A DNA stretch of 64,000 nt from Monocercomonoides exilis PA203 (Eukaryota; Protista; Preaxostyla), in the NCBI GenBank assembly GCA_001643675.2, contig LSRY02000014.1, positions 1,240,001 to 1,304,000 of the forward strand. The letters run 5' to 3'. A model generated the notes under the pieces. It was given only the letters and a program-made list of their open reading frames with translations. It was not told where the DNA came from and did no database searches. This document shows, one piece after another, positions 36,562-48,225 of this stretch; the first letter of the stretch is position 1; each line of letters starts with the position of its first letter. Both the position numbers and the translations under genes were made by a program.

Positions 36562-37352
36562 CTTTATTTGTTATTTTGATAATATCAACAAAATTATTTA
36601 ATGGTTAGATCCATTTGACTTTTGGTGTTGCAGTATTTAAATGTTATGGTTCGCTCAAATTTTGTTCATTTCAAATTTTTGTTTTCAAAAATTTAGTTGT
36701 CAAGAATACCGAAAATGTCTCACCTTCGTATAGATATTTTTTTTTTGAACCATTAACATCCTTATTTTTGTTGAAGAATAAAGAAAAAATGAAAACCAAA
36801 AAAATTTATTTTTGAAAAAACAAATAAAAGATCTTTTTTTGTTGTTGTTTCCTTTTCATTTTGTTTCCTTTGTTTTGTTTTTTATTTATCATCAAATGAT
36901 TGAGAATGAACAGACTTTTAAATGATTGTGAAACAAAAAATATTTATTTTTCTTAAGAATTTTTTTTTTATTCTGAAGTTTAAAGAGCAGTTTTGATGAA
37001 GGATAATAACGAGAAGATTCAAAAAAAAACCCAAAATATTTCAAAAATGTATTCGCAAATCCAAATGATTATTGTTGAAGATATTTTTAAAAGAATTTCA
37101 TTGTTTCATAAAGAACTTTCAATATTATTGTTTTTGATGTGTGTCTATTGTTGAGTTTAACACGAACAAAAAGTGTGACATGCAGGGGAAAAAATAAATT
37201 AAAAACTATTTGATCAAATTCATTTTTATATTTGAAGTAATTCTTGCTCAAATAATCATCATGATGAAAGCTATAACATTGTTGTTGTTGCAGTTTTAGT
37301 AGCTGTTGTTCATATATGTTTTTTTTTATTTATATTAATTTTTTATCTTTCT

Positions 37353-39910
37353 TCATATCTTCCCTTTCCCTCTGTCTATATCCAGAATGGCCTGCTCTGC
37401 AAAGAACTTCACATCCGTGTCCTTGTCGTGTGTCAGCTGCTCCAGTGCCGGGCGGATCTTCTGCATCAACACAGCAGGCGACACACGCGCCGAGAGAATG
37501 GCGAGTGTCTTTGCGCAGACAAAACGGGCGTTGGGGACAGAGTCGTGGGTGAAGTTGAGGGCGATGGGGAGAAGATGCTGCTCCACTTCGCTGGGCTCGA
37601 AGACGGAGGAGAGAGACTGAGTGGATGTGGTTGGAAGGGAAGAAAAGAGAGAAGAGGGTAAAAACGAAATGAAATTCAGGGAAAAAAAAGAAAAGAAAAG
37701 AAAAGAAAAGAAAAGAAAAGAAAAGAAAAATTAATAAATAAAAGGTATGATAAAGAAAAATTGTTAATAAATTAAAATAAATGTTGAGTTTCAATAAAAC
37801 CAAAAAAAAATTTTAAATATTCTTAAAAAAAACAAAAAGGCAATTTAACGTTGTATTTCGCAGGGGTATTTACCATTCTCCACAAAACCACTTCATTAAA
37901 AAAAAAAAACCAACATTCAAAACCGCTCCACCAACCTTAACACAAGAGAGTGCGGGCAGTCTGCTCAAGTAGTTCCTTTCCTTTGCCAGTGTCTGGATGG
38001 ACGGCACAATCACATTGATCGCCCACTCGTTCGACATCAGCAGCGCCAGCTCCTTCAGATTCTCCGCCGCTGTCTCTCTGACTACACACACAGAATCTGA
38101 CAACAGAGAAAGCAGCAGCTTCAGCAGCGTGTTGCTGAAGAAGTCCTGTGTGAGTATCGACAGCTCCTGCATCTGCCGCGCAATCTTCGGGATCAGCCGA
38201 ATAACTGCCTGCCGAATACGCCACTGCCTGTTGTTTGCGAGTGAATCAATCTGCCCTGTCAGCAGCTCAACTGCCTGCGTCCCGTCGACTGCGGCGATCA
38301 GCGTGTCCACTTTGTTCAGCAGCGCCAGCTTCACCTCACCGGCCTCTTCTGTCCGGCTGAGGATGTCCTTTGCCAGCGGGATGAGTTCAGAGAGCGTTTT
38401 GAACGGGGCGAAGGAGGAAGCTAACAGCGCCACTTGCTCAGCGGCTGCTTCTCTGACACGGAGGATGTCGTCGTGGGTGAGGGAGCGGAGGATGGGGCAG
38501 ACCTCGCGGTAGAACAGCTGCTCCACAGAGGAGAGGGTGGAGGGGGTGGGCGCTGCGGCTGCTGGAGATGCGGAGGATGCAGAAGAAGAGGAAGAGGAAG
38601 AGGAAGAGGAAGAGGAAGATGAGGATGAGGAGGAAGAAGATGATGATGAGGCGATGTGAGGAGGTGTTGGAAGAAGAACAGATGCGACTTTATTCAGCTG
38701 CGCTGTAGCCACAACTCGAACTTCAGTTTCATCATCCTAAAACGAGTTGTAAAATATTTTTTTTTCCAAAAAAAAAAAAAAAAAAAATGAATGAAAATTA
38801 CAAAAAAAAAGTTTTAAGTTTGAAAAAATATATCAGGAACAATCAGAAAGACTCATCAAACCTTCAGCAAGCGCACAACAGCGTTTATTATCTCGTTCTT
38901 CAGAACATCCGTCTTTGTGAGTTCACCCAGATCATTCAATGACTCTGCCACTCTCTGCCTGACTCTCCATGACTTGTCTGTCCAGAGCACTTTCAATTGC
39001 GGAATAATTGAATTGGCTATATCATCAGGAGATACAACACGCGCAATGGCAACACACACAGAAACACTCCAGATTCGCACAATGTCCACTTCGTCTTCGC
39101 TAAGCTTCTTCATCATAGGAAGCGCTTGCTGCTCCAGACCTGGTCCATCAAGGAATGGAATTAAATTCTAAGTTGCGTTTATGATTCAGATAATAACATT
39201 TTGAACTTTCTCATAAAATATGGAGAGTCACACAATAAGATTTTTTGCAGCTGCTTGCCTAATCATTGGAGTTGGATCTCGAGAAAGATCAACAAACATG
39301 GAGATGAGTTTTTCTCGCTTACTTGGATATTGCTGATATAGAGCAACGATCAGTGCACAGCAACTGATTTTTGAAGAATACCATTCTCCACCTAAAATTC
39401 TCCCAAGCATTTCCATAAACAAGCGCTCCAAAGTAACTGAAGTGGAAGCTCGTATTAAAAGAGTCAGAGACGAAACAGCCTGTTATTAAAAAAAAATTAT
39501 TCCATTTAAAATATGATACAACAAAATGGAAAAAACCTTCTCTGTAACACATAACTCTTCTACAAGACATAGCTTTTCTAGAGGAGTTATAAGAAAACGG
39601 AAATATTCTGGACCGCCAAGAAAAGGAATCATGGATCCTAATTCTTCTGCAATGATGCAAAGAACTTCATCATCAACGTCAAAATAATCTAAAGATAAAT
39701 GAAATTCAAATGATGACATAAAAAATTTTAAATTTCAATGTATAAACCCGGAAGGACAGTCAGAAGTTCATTTCTTGTTCTTTCCGGTCCAATCGCAAGA
39801 GCAATTGTCGTAAGCCTTTTTGCACATGACAATTTATATTCAATAAGCTCTGAACGAAGATCCCCTAAAAGCAGTTGAACAGAGATGTTTTCATCTCCTG
39901 CTGTGTCCAT
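37353..39910 (-). CDS. PPP2R1A: Protein phosphatase 2A scaffold A subunit (PR65), 6 exons, 15 HEAT repeats
   Basis: LTTIALAIGPERTRNELL, DDEVLCIIAEELG, DPTPMIRQAAAKNL, DKSWRVR, DDETEVR, QWRIRQAVI, NYLSRL, DSVPNARF, DKDTDVKFFAEQAI are colinear with PR65/A HEAT repeats. Confidence 0.93.
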
Positions 39911-40000
39911 TTTTAAAAATGAAACTTTCTTTCGATCTTTTTCGATCAAATAAACCAGAAACAATATATAAGTGTTTTTGTTTTGCAAATTTTTAGTTAA
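39911..40000. promoter_or_regulatory. Putative bidirectional promoter/5' UTR region between PP2A-A and KATNIP
   Basis: Only 90 bp separate the two divergent ATGs (39910 on -, 40001 on +). Confidence 0.5.
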
Positions 40001-43000
40001 ATGGCCGTTGAGCAACATTCATCGGTCACGCCATGCCTTTGGGAAATAAAAATTAAAATATATACAAACTGGGGTCATCCTACGGAAGTTGGATTGACTG
40101 AAATTGATTTGTTTGATGAGTCAAGGAACCCTATTCGCCTTTCTTCAAACATGCTATCCCTTCAGGTTGGATCTACGAAATTTCCACCTGCTCCATCATT
40201 GGAAGTTGCTTCACATTTGGTTGTTCCCACATTTGGAGCAGTTTCGCTTCAAGTTGCATCAACAACATTGTCTCTTCTAATTTCTGGAGTTGCAAATACA
40301 ACCAATGAAAAACATATGTGGAGAGCACCATTCAAAGATATTCCAAGAACTCCAATAGAAATTGTGATTCGATATCCTTTGACTTCTCAAACTGCTTTTA
40401 TTTTACCAAAAACTTTGAAATTGTGGAATTATAACAAGACTCCGCTTGATACAAAGAAAGGTGTTCGAAAGCTGGAAGTGATCCTTAATGGTCATTCCCA
40501 TTGGATTGGAGAAGTCATTAAAGCAACTGGAACTGTAGTTGGTGACTTTACAACATCTATTTCACTTCCGTCATCAAAAGAATGGCCTCCTCATCTATCT
40601 TCAGGACTGGGAAGGACTCAACCTCTCTCTTTTAATGCTGATTTGAAAAGGCCAGCATCGCCATCAAAGTCAAAACAAGCTTCATCAGAAATTCTCCCGA
40701 CAAAATCTTCTTCCACTCGTCCGCTTTCTCCATCTTTGAGAAAACAATCAGGAGCAACTGTTATCGTGCAATTGCCTCAGCAAGAAAGATCAAAGTCTTC
40801 ATCTCCATCTTCAATTATCAAACCCACTTCACTTTCAACACCTTCTGAAAAGGTTGGATTGAAGAAAGCATCTCCACAATCTTCTTCAATTCAAAAACTT
40901 AATCCCAAAGACATTCATTCCTCCAGACCTAATTCCGCATCTGCATCATCTCAGCTCAAAGACCTGCAAAATGCAAATCAACCACACCTGAGGCAGCTAA
41001 CACCTCCATATCGCAGTTCTCAGGGAAAGTTGCTAAGGATTGCTGATTCGCCAGCACCTTCGTCATTTCAACAGTCTTCTTCTGCTTCTGCTTCAGTTTC
41101 CGAACCAGCTTCTCAGCAAGTGAAGCCCCGCTCTGCATCCAAAATGGAACACTACACATCATCCGCACCCAAAGCACACACCCCACCTCACAGAAACCAT
41201 CTCTCCCCGACTCCCTTCAATTCAAACCACAATTCAACCTCTCAACAGAAACTCAATCATTCCATTTCAAAATCTATCACTCCACCACCGCCTTCTCTGT
41301 CTGCTTTATCGTCGTCATCATCTTCTTCCTCTTCCTCGTCCTCGTCTTCTTCTGAAGCCATCTCCCCCAAAACGCCGTTCCGTACTCCTCCTCCTCCGTC
41401 GCGCATTCCTCGTCTTATGCACCCAAAGAACAGGGCAGCTGTTCGATCGCCCCACTCTCGTCTTCTTCTGAACACACTGCGGCCAAATGGCCCAACAAGG
41501 TTCATGTTTGGATGGCACCAGCACAAAGGAGAAAAAGGGAAAGAAAGAGAAACACAGCAAAGTGAAGAATCAAAAACCCCATTTAAAAAACCATCTCCTT
41601 TCACAAACAAAGAGGCGAAGCGAGAAACAGAGATGAGTAAGATACCTCTTAAACCAGCTGAAGGAGAGAAGAAACGCGGAGGAGCTGGCTCAGGAGCCAC
41701 GCCAAGCGACAAGAAACGGAAGATGGATGTTCTTGTGGATGTGAAGGATCTCAATCACTATGCTCGCTATGGAGATGACAAGAGCGAGGAAGCGCTGTCT
41801 GAAGAATGCACAGAAGCAGAGCATACAGAAGGAGCCATGTTTGAAGAGCCCCCAACTCCACCCCCACAGTCGTCTCAGCCTTTCTCCTCTCCGTTCTCTT
41901 CCACGTCGCGTATGCCATTTCAGTCCACTTCTCTTTTTGCTGCCACTTCTGCTTTTGCTCCTTTGTCTCTCTCCACTTCGCCAGCACCGCAACAGCTGGG
42001 GGCCACTTCCTCGTTCCTTGCCTTGCACACAATGAAGCCTGAGCCATTTGTCGTATCGTCTGGAGACACACAGCTTCCCCATCAAACACTAAGATCTCAG
42101 CAAACAGCGTATTTTGTGTCTCCCTTGATGGAAAGCACAGGTTCGTTTGCTTCTTCTTCTTCTTCTTCTTCTTCTGTTTCGTCGTCTTCAGCTGCTGTGG
42201 TATTCAGCAGGAATGGAGATGTGATTGCTTCGGAGAGGCCAATTACGCGTGGACTTTCTGATGAAGGAGAGGAAGAAGAGGAAGAAGAAGATCTCAAAGG
42301 AGATGATGATGAAAGGAATGCTATTGAATCACATAAAGCTAAACGAAAAGGAGAAAAGGAAGAAGAAGAAGAAGAAGAAGAAGAAGAAGAAGAGCAATTA
42401 CTAAAAGAAATTGAAGGAATCGAGCAAGAACGAAAGAAAGAGACAGGAGCAAACGATTCTTCACTTCTCAATGAAGAAAGCAACACATCTGAAACACACA
42501 AAACACACAAGATATTCACTTCTCCTTTTGATGAGGAGACAATTGACGATCGAATCAAATGGAACAGCCAAGTCAGTAAGAAACCCTTGACCGACACACA
42601 ATTCATTGCCAAGCAGCTTCAGAAGGTGATGGGGCGAACTAGCAACAATGATGCTTCCTTTGCTGAAAGCAACGAAGAACAGCAAGATGAAGCAACCGAA
42701 AGCACTTCTGAAGAGCCGAAGAAGCAATTTGCTTCTCGGTCCCATTTACTTGCGACGCTCAACAAGCCAATTCATTCTCCAATTGACGAATCACAGGGCA
42801 CTGAATTTATGCACCCGTGCCGTCTAACCCGCTCGCTCTTTGGATTCACAGTGCAAAATCCAGTCTTGCCGTCTGCGTCTTCCATCTCCATCCACATCCA
42901 CTCCAACTGGGGCGACCCGTCTCGCGTCGGACTCACAGCTGTCTCGCTTGTTGACAGCAGCGGATGCGATATACAGCTCTCGCCACACAACATCGCTACT

Positions 43001-45103
43001 CCAATGCAGGAGCTCTCGTTGTTTGAACCAAGTGAATATGAGGACGATGAAGATGAAGGCGAAGATGAAAACAATGGAGAATATGCATCGAATGAATATG
43101 GAGAGTGTGATGAGACAGGAATTTCAAAGACACAGGATGGATCACTCTGCCTTCCGAATCATTCTTCTGGTTTGCAAGCAACAGGAACGCTCCGTTCAAA
43201 GCCAGGTAAGCTTTGGATTCATCGCCTGCTGCATCTGCCGATCGACGGCGATCCGATTGGCTCTATTGACGGGAAGCAGATGTGGCTGGCGCCGTTTGTG
43301 CAAGGCGATCCATCGATGACTATCACACTGCAATTGAACAGACCCACGCAGCTGGCTGGGCTGCGCCTGTGGAACTACAATGCGAACAGGCACGGGATGA
43401 ACATGTACTGCCACATTATGCAGAAGCAAGGCAGTGGTAGAGCAGAAAGAGGAGAAAACGGGAATTCTGAGGAAGGAGATGAAGAAGGGTACAGAGAAGG
43501 AGGAGATGAAAGTTCACAAAATGCCATTGATTCTACCGACGATTCAGAAGAGGCAGAAATGCTTCTGAAGCGGTCAGAAGGCGAAGGCTACGAAGAGTCG
43601 TTCAGAGGAGTGAAAGAATTTGCAGTGTTTCTGGATGACAGCTACTTTGGCACATTCATCGCCAGAAAGGGAACAGGATTGGGGTGGCTGCCTCTCTCAC
43701 AGTACATCTCGTTTGAACGAACTGAGACGGGCTCCGAGAAAAGAGCTGAGAAAAATGGAATTGTTAGCATTGGAAAGGGTGATGGGGATTTGAAAGTTGG
43801 TGCAACAAAGAAGAAAGAGTCAGAAGTGAAAGATGCAAATGGCACATTTGATTGCTTTGCTGATAATTCTTCAGAGCGCCTGAAGATGATCAGTAACTGC
43901 GGTGGCAAGCACCAACATGCACGTTTTCCTGCACCATCCTCTTCTTTGGGATCTTTTGATTCAACTTCTTCTTCCTCTCCTTCTCACGATCCATCTCGAT
44001 TTCAGCAGGATTACGACACAGTGACACTCCCAAGTGGCTTTGTGTGGTGCATCACCATTCATTCAACGTGGGGCGATCCGTTTTACGTTGGCTTGTGTGG
44101 CATTCAGTTCTGCGGTGCAGATGGAACCCCTTTGGATTTGCAGACACAGAAAGAGAGGAGCTGCGATCCAGCTGTCAGAACAGGCACATTGAGCGAATTT
44201 GTGCAGATGGGAAACAAGTCATCGAAATCATCGAAGTCATCGAAGTCATCGAGTGGGATGGCATTCAATTGGGGTATTATGAACTCCACACAAACGCTCT
44301 TGAATGCGTCGATGCGATTGCGGAACAGCGATTTGGAAGGCACGCTGCGCAGTCACCGTGCAAAGGGATCCATTCCTGGTTCAACACATGCTACAGCCTC
44401 AACATCTCAGTCATCTCAGCCATCTCCTCGTCATTCCCTCAGCAGCCCCTCCGCCAAAAGTGTGTTTGTTCCGTTTGAGCGCTTTCCGTCTTCTTATCTG
44501 TGCTGTCTGCCGTGTGATGTGACAGACCTGCCTGGAATGGAGGACGACCCGCGGACGCTAGCAAACATCACCACGCCTCCCTTTGCCACCCATGTTGACC
44601 GATGCATGTGGCTGGCGCCGTTCACGCCAGGCACAACGAACAAGATATTTCTGGTGTTCAATGAGCCCCAGTGTGTTTCAATGGTCCGCTTCTGGAACTA
44701 CAGCAAGACGCCTGAAAGAGGAGTGAAAGAGTTCAGCCTGAGTGTGGATGATGTGCTGATCTACAGGGGTTACTTGGCAAAGGCGCCGCCTGCTCGGCAG
44801 AAATTATTCCGCAAGTCGAAAAAAGGAGGTTTTAAAAAAGAAGGTGATAGGAATGTTACTTGCGAAAGAGAAAAGAATGGAGGAAAAATGGAAGAAGAGC
44901 AGGCTGACTTTGGGCAGACCATATTCTTTACGAGAGATTCTGATTTGATTGCGAGAGAATACGAAAAGGGACGTGTGAAGACTGTGAACGAAGAGCAAAA
45001 CGTGGCATTAATTGACAATGGAGTTGTGCTGTCGAGACCCATTTCACATAACAACGCGCAAAAAAAGACAGTGGAAAGACCTAAAACAGCTGCATTAAAG
45101 TGA
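40001..45103 (+). CDS. KATNIP: Katanin-interacting protein (KIAA0556/JBTS26, DUF4457 repeats), intronless
   Basis: Three repeats I(Y/H)(T/S)(N/T)WG(H/D)P..VGL(T/C).I...MW(R/L)APF...L(K/R)LWNY(N/S)K...RGV(R/K)E(L/F); C-terminal DFGQTIFFT and ERPKTA. Confidence 0.88.
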   Translation: MAVEQHSSVTPCLWEIKIKIYTNWGHPTEVGLTEIDLFDESRNPIRLSSNMLSLQVGSTKFPPAPSLEVASHLVVPTFGAVSLQVASTTLSLLISGVANTTNEKHMWRAPFKDIPRTPIEIVIRYPLTSQTAFILPKTLKLWNYNKTPLDTKKGVRKLEVILNGHSHWIGEVIKATGTVVGDFTTSISLPSSKEWPPHLSSGLGRTQPLSFNADLKRPASPSKSKQASSEILPTKSSSTRPLSPSLRKQSGATVIVQLPQQERSKSSSPSSIIKPTSLSTPSEKVGLKKASPQSSSIQKLNPKDIHSSRPNSASASSQLKDLQNANQPHLRQLTPPYRSSQGKLLRIADSPAPSSFQQSSSASASVSEPASQQVKPRSASKMEHYTSSAPKAHTPPHRNHLSPTPFNSNHNSTSQQKLNHSISKSITPPPPSLSALSSSSSSSSSSSSSSSEAISPKTPFRTPPPPSRIPRLMHPKNRAAVRSPHSRLLLNTLRPNGPTRFMFGWHQHKGEKGKERETQQSEESKTPFKKPSPFTNKEAKRETEMSKIPLKPAEGEKKRGGAGSGATPSDKKRKMDVLVDVKDLNHYARYGDDKSEEALSEECTEAEHTEGAMFEEPPTPPPQSSQPFSSPFSSTSRMPFQSTSLFAATSAFAPLSLSTSPAPQQLGATSSFLALHTMKPEPFVVSSGDTQLPHQTLRSQQTAYFVSPLMESTGSFASSSSSSSSVSSSSAAVVFSRNGDVIASERPITRGLSDEGEEEEEEEDLKGDDDERNAIESHKAKRKGEKEEEEEEEEEEEEQLLKEIEGIEQERKKETGANDSSLLNEESNTSETHKTHKIFTSPFDEETIDDRIKWNSQVSKKPLTDTQFIAKQLQKVMGRTSNNDASFAESNEEQQDEATESTSEEPKKQFASRSHLLATLNKPIHSPIDESQGTEFMHPCRLTRSLFGFTVQNPVLPSASSISIHIHSNWGDPSRVGLTAVSLVDSSGCDIQLSPHNIATPMQELSLFEPSEYEDDEDEGEDENNGEYASNEYGECDETGISKTQDGSLCLPNHSSGLQATGTLRSKPGKLWIHRLLHLPIDGDPIGSIDGKQMWLAPFVQGDPSMTITLQLNRPTQLAGLRLWNYNANRHGMNMYCHIMQKQGSGRAERGENGNSEEGDEEGYREGGDESSQNAIDSTDDSEEAEMLLKRSEGEGYEESFRGVKEFAVFLDDSYFGTFIARKGTGLGWLPLSQYISFERTETGSEKRAEKNGIVSIGKGDGDLKVGATKKKESEVKDANGTFDCFADNSSERLKMISNCGGKHQHARFPAPSSSLGSFDSTSSSSPSHDPSRFQQDYDTVTLPSGFVWCITIHSTWGDPFYVGLCGIQFCGADGTPLDLQTQKERSCDPAVRTGTLSEFVQMGNKSSKSSKSSKSSSGMAFNWGIMNSTQTLLNASMRLRNSDLEGTLRSHRAKGSIPGSTHATASTSQSSQPSPRHSLSSPSAKSVFVPFERFPSSYLCCLPCDVTDLPGMEDDPRTLANITTPPFATHVDRCMWLAPFTPGTTNKIFLVFNEPQCVSMVRFWNYSKTPERGVKEFSLSVDDVLIYRGYLAKAPPARQKLFRKSKKGGFKKEGDRNVTCEREKNGGKMEEEQADFGQTIFFTRDSDLIAREYEKGRVKTVNEEQNVALIDNGVVLSRPISHNNAQKKTVERPKTAALK

Positions 45104-45362
45104 GAGACAATGCTTAATTGTGTGAATTGAAGTTGTTATGAAATATTCAATATCTGCTACCAATATTAGATTTATCTTTATTGATTAGCTTGTTTGTTAA
45201 TAATAGTTATTTATTTGTGAAGCCAAATATTTTTTGTGACGTCGTAAATAGATATTTTAATTTATATCTCTATTTATTTGGTTTTTATTAATAATTTTTT
45301 ATCTTCTTTTAAATGAAATAATCAAATATTTTTCTCCCATAAACAGAATCATTCATTTATTC

Positions 45363-46196
45363 ATGGGTTGTTGCATCAACACTGACAAAAAAACAAAAAC
45401 TGATGGAGAATCTTCAAAACCAATAAAGGTTGAATCGGTGACGTTTTACAGGTACCACAAATTTATAGTGGAATTATTTCATCACTTTCATGATAAATAT
45501 CATTTTCTATTTTATTTGAGATCTGACGCAAATGGAGCACCTAGCGAACCCGTTGATGGAGTATTTTTCACAACAGGTTTGAGTGAAATGTTCATTTTAA
45601 ATTTATGATATATTTGTTTCAGACAATAAAATACATGCTCGTTGCGTTCTTTCGCACGTTTTGGTATGCTTTATGTTAGTAAAAATTGTTTATAATTAAA
45701 TTTTCTAAAGGTTGGATCATATGGTCGAGTTGTCTGGGTCTGCAAGTATGCAACATATTTTATTAGACTATTTTTAAGGGTTTTTTTATTATATAAATAA
45801 TATTAATTTCAAAGTGATTCACGAGGTGTTGGTATGTGGTTGCTTGCACTTTCTCGATTTCTTAATTATGTATTCATTAACGCATAACTGGGGATTGAAT
45901 TAACACATTTTTTTAGCAGTATGCCTTGATTTTTTAATTTGTTGTTTTGTTAGATTTTTCTTTTCTTTAGCCACCAAATTATGAAATTGTTGCTTGTAAT
46001 CTGACTAGCTTATTGATGAATATTATTGATACACATGCTGAACTCCCGAGGTTTGTTTTGTTTGTGTGGTGCATTTTAATCAAATAATTATTAATTTAGG
46101 CCGTGGCCTGTTGGAGAATATGAACTTCGCTTGTTTATAAATGATCAGCTTTTGCATCAGGCTCAATTTAAAATTATTGAACCTCCGACAAATTAA
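45363..46196 (+). CDS. 138-aa predicted N-myristoylated/palmitoylated beta-rich (Ig-like) protein, 8 exons including 17-nt and 2-nt micro-exons
   Basis: Exons 45363-45451, 45521-45576, 45623-45663, 45711-45745, 45815-45831, 45917-45918, 45971-46050, 46100-46196 total 417 nt, all GT-AG, giving MGCCINT...VWVCNDSRGVAPPNYEIV...LPRPWPVGEYELRLFINDQLLHQAQFKIIEPPTN*. Confidence 0.72.
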
Positions 46197-46773
46197 ATAT
46201 TATTTTTTTTGCAATATTCACATCAATATTTTAAATGCATTTCTTTGAATATTTCAAGTTTTTATTTTCTTATAACTTTGGACTGCAAATAAAGTATTTA
46301 TGTTCTTGACAGTATTTGTTCCATTGGTAAATTTTGTGTAATTTATTCAATGTTTTATGAATCAATACTTCTGTTGTTATTCTTTATGTATCGTTGAATA
46401 ACTGTCAAATTGTTGATGAATTTTTTGAAAATCTAATGAATTATGTTCAGTTTAATATTTTAATGGACATATCAAATTGAATTTCATTTTAAGCAATATT
46501 TGATCTTCTATTTGCAAGTTCAAAGTTTAAAAAGAAATTTTCTAAAAATTTTTTCTTTCTCTTTTTTTTAAGAAATGCACAAGAAGTATTTTCATTCGAA
46601 AAAAATGCTCAAGATGTATGAACATTTTGACATTGTTCAATAATAACTAAATTACCTACCAAAAAAGACAATATTATAAAAAACAAACTGAAATTGGCCC
46701 ATCATGCAAAAGATTGAAATTTGATCAGTCTTGGAATTATTTTGATCGAAAAGATTTATTAACATTTGATAAA

Positions 46774-48225
46774 ATGTCTAGCGGAAAAAATTCGGGATTT
46801 ACCGAATCTTTGGATGAAGAAGAAAGAAGCATCGAGCAATGGAGAATTAAAAAATTGGTTAAAACTTTGGAGAATGCAAAGGGAGAAGGAACAAGCATGA
46901 TTTCTCTCATTTTAGCACCAAAAACTCAACTATCACAAACTCAAACAATGCTTACAGAAGAGTATGGTACAGCGTCAAACATCAAAAGTAGAGTCAATCG
47001 ATTAAGTGTTCTCGAAGCAATTGTGTCAACTCAACAACGTTTGAAGCTTTATAACAAATGCCCACCAAATGGACTGTGCATTTTCTGCGGAACAATTTCT
47101 ACAGATAAGGGACCAAAGAAAATCACAATTGATTTTGAACCATTCAAACCAATCAACACTTCTCTTTATTTGTGTGATAACAAATTCCACACTGAACCTC
47201 TCGGAACTTTGTTGGAATCAGACGACAAGTTTGGTTTCATTATCATGGATGGTAATGGTGCGTTATTTGGTACATTGCAAGGAAACACACGAAACATCAT
47301 CACCCAGTTTACTGTTGATTTGCCAAAGAAACATGGGCGAGGAGGACAGTCTTCTGTTCGTTTTGCACGTCTGAGAATGGAAAAGCGTCACAATTATGTG
47401 CGTCGAGTTGCAGAAGTTTCAGTTCAATGCTTTATCACAAATGACAAAGTTAATGTTGCTGGACTTGTTCTTGCAGGTTCTGCTGATTTCAAGACTGAAC
47501 TTTCTCAGAGCGAGACCTTTGATCAGCGTCTCCAAGCCAAAATTATTAAGATTGTTGATGTCGCCTATGGAGGAGAGAACGGATTTAATCAGGCTATTAA
47601 TTTGGCTTCTGATACATTATCAAACGTTCATTTTGTGCAAGAAAAAGCACTCCTTCAACAGTATTTCGACGAAATCGGACAAGATACTGGAAAGTTTGTG
47701 TTTGGAATCCGTGATACAATCGCAGGACTTGAAATGGGCGCAGTTCAAAAATTGATCGTATGGGAAAATTTGGATATTGATAGAATTGAATTTCGCCATC
47801 CAACAACTGGTGATGTTTCGATAGTGTATCTGACACCAGCTCAGCAGAAGGATCCTTCATACTTTCATGAGAAAGGAGTGGAGTTGATATTAGTGTCAAA
47901 AGAGCAGCTCACAGATTGGTTTGTGCTAAACTACAAGAAATATGGATGCACTCTTCATTTTGTGACAAACAGAAGCAGTGAAGGTTCTCAATTCTGCAGA
48001 GGTTTTGGTGGAATTGGTGGGTTGTTGAGGTACAAAGTTGATTTTTCAACTCTTGATGCACATGAAGCTGATGGGTTGATGGAGGATGATGAAGCTATTG
48101 GTTCTTCAAGCTCTTCTTCTTCTTCTTCTTCTGTTGCTTCGTCCACTGCAGCTGATGCAGGCTTCTTTGGAGACGAAATTATGGAAGAAAACCCGTTTGA
48201 TGATGATATCTCTTCGTATTTTTGA
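46774..48225 (+). CDS. ETF1: Eukaryotic peptide chain release factor 1, intronless
   Basis: GTS, TASNIKS, YLCDNKF (YxCxxxF), HGRGGQS (GGQ), [11 protein letters not shown], acidic tail ending SSYF-TGA. ATG at 46774 (the ORF track starts at an upstream TTG). Confidence 0.98.
   Translation: MSSGKNSGFTESLDEEERSIEQWRIKKLVKTLENAKGEGTSMISLILAPKTQLSQTQTMLTEEYGTASNIKSRVNRLSVLEAIVSTQQRLKLYNKCPPNGLCIFCGTISTDKGPKKITIDFEPFKPINTSLYLCDNKFHTEPLGTLLESDDKFGFIIMDGNGALFGTLQGNTRNIITQFTVDLPKKHGRGGQSSVRFARLRMEKRHNYVRRVAEVSVQCFITNDKVNVAGLVLAGSADFKTELSQSETFDQRLQAKIIKIVDVAYGGENGFNQAINLASDTLSNVHFVQEKALLQQYFDEIGQDTGKFVFGIRDTIAGLEMGAVQKLIVWENLDIDRIEFRHPTTGDVSIVYLTPAQQKDPSYFHEKGVELILVSKEQLTDWFVLNYKKYGCTLHFVTNRSSEGSQFCRGFGGIGGLLRYKVDFSTLDAHEADGLMEDDEAIGSSSSSSSSSSVASSTAADAGFFGDEIMEENPFDDDISSYF

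Noticed and set aside
1-45103. Functional clustering of ciliary genes (ARL13B, KATNIP) or phosphatase genes (PP5-like, PP2A-A)
   Set aside because: Separated by unrelated genes; chance co-occurrence is expected in a compact flagellate genome.
46774-47200. eRF1 adapted to a variant genetic code, as in some oxymonads
   Set aside because: GTS, NIKS and YxCxxxF motifs are canonical, and genes in the window end in TAA, TAG and TGA.
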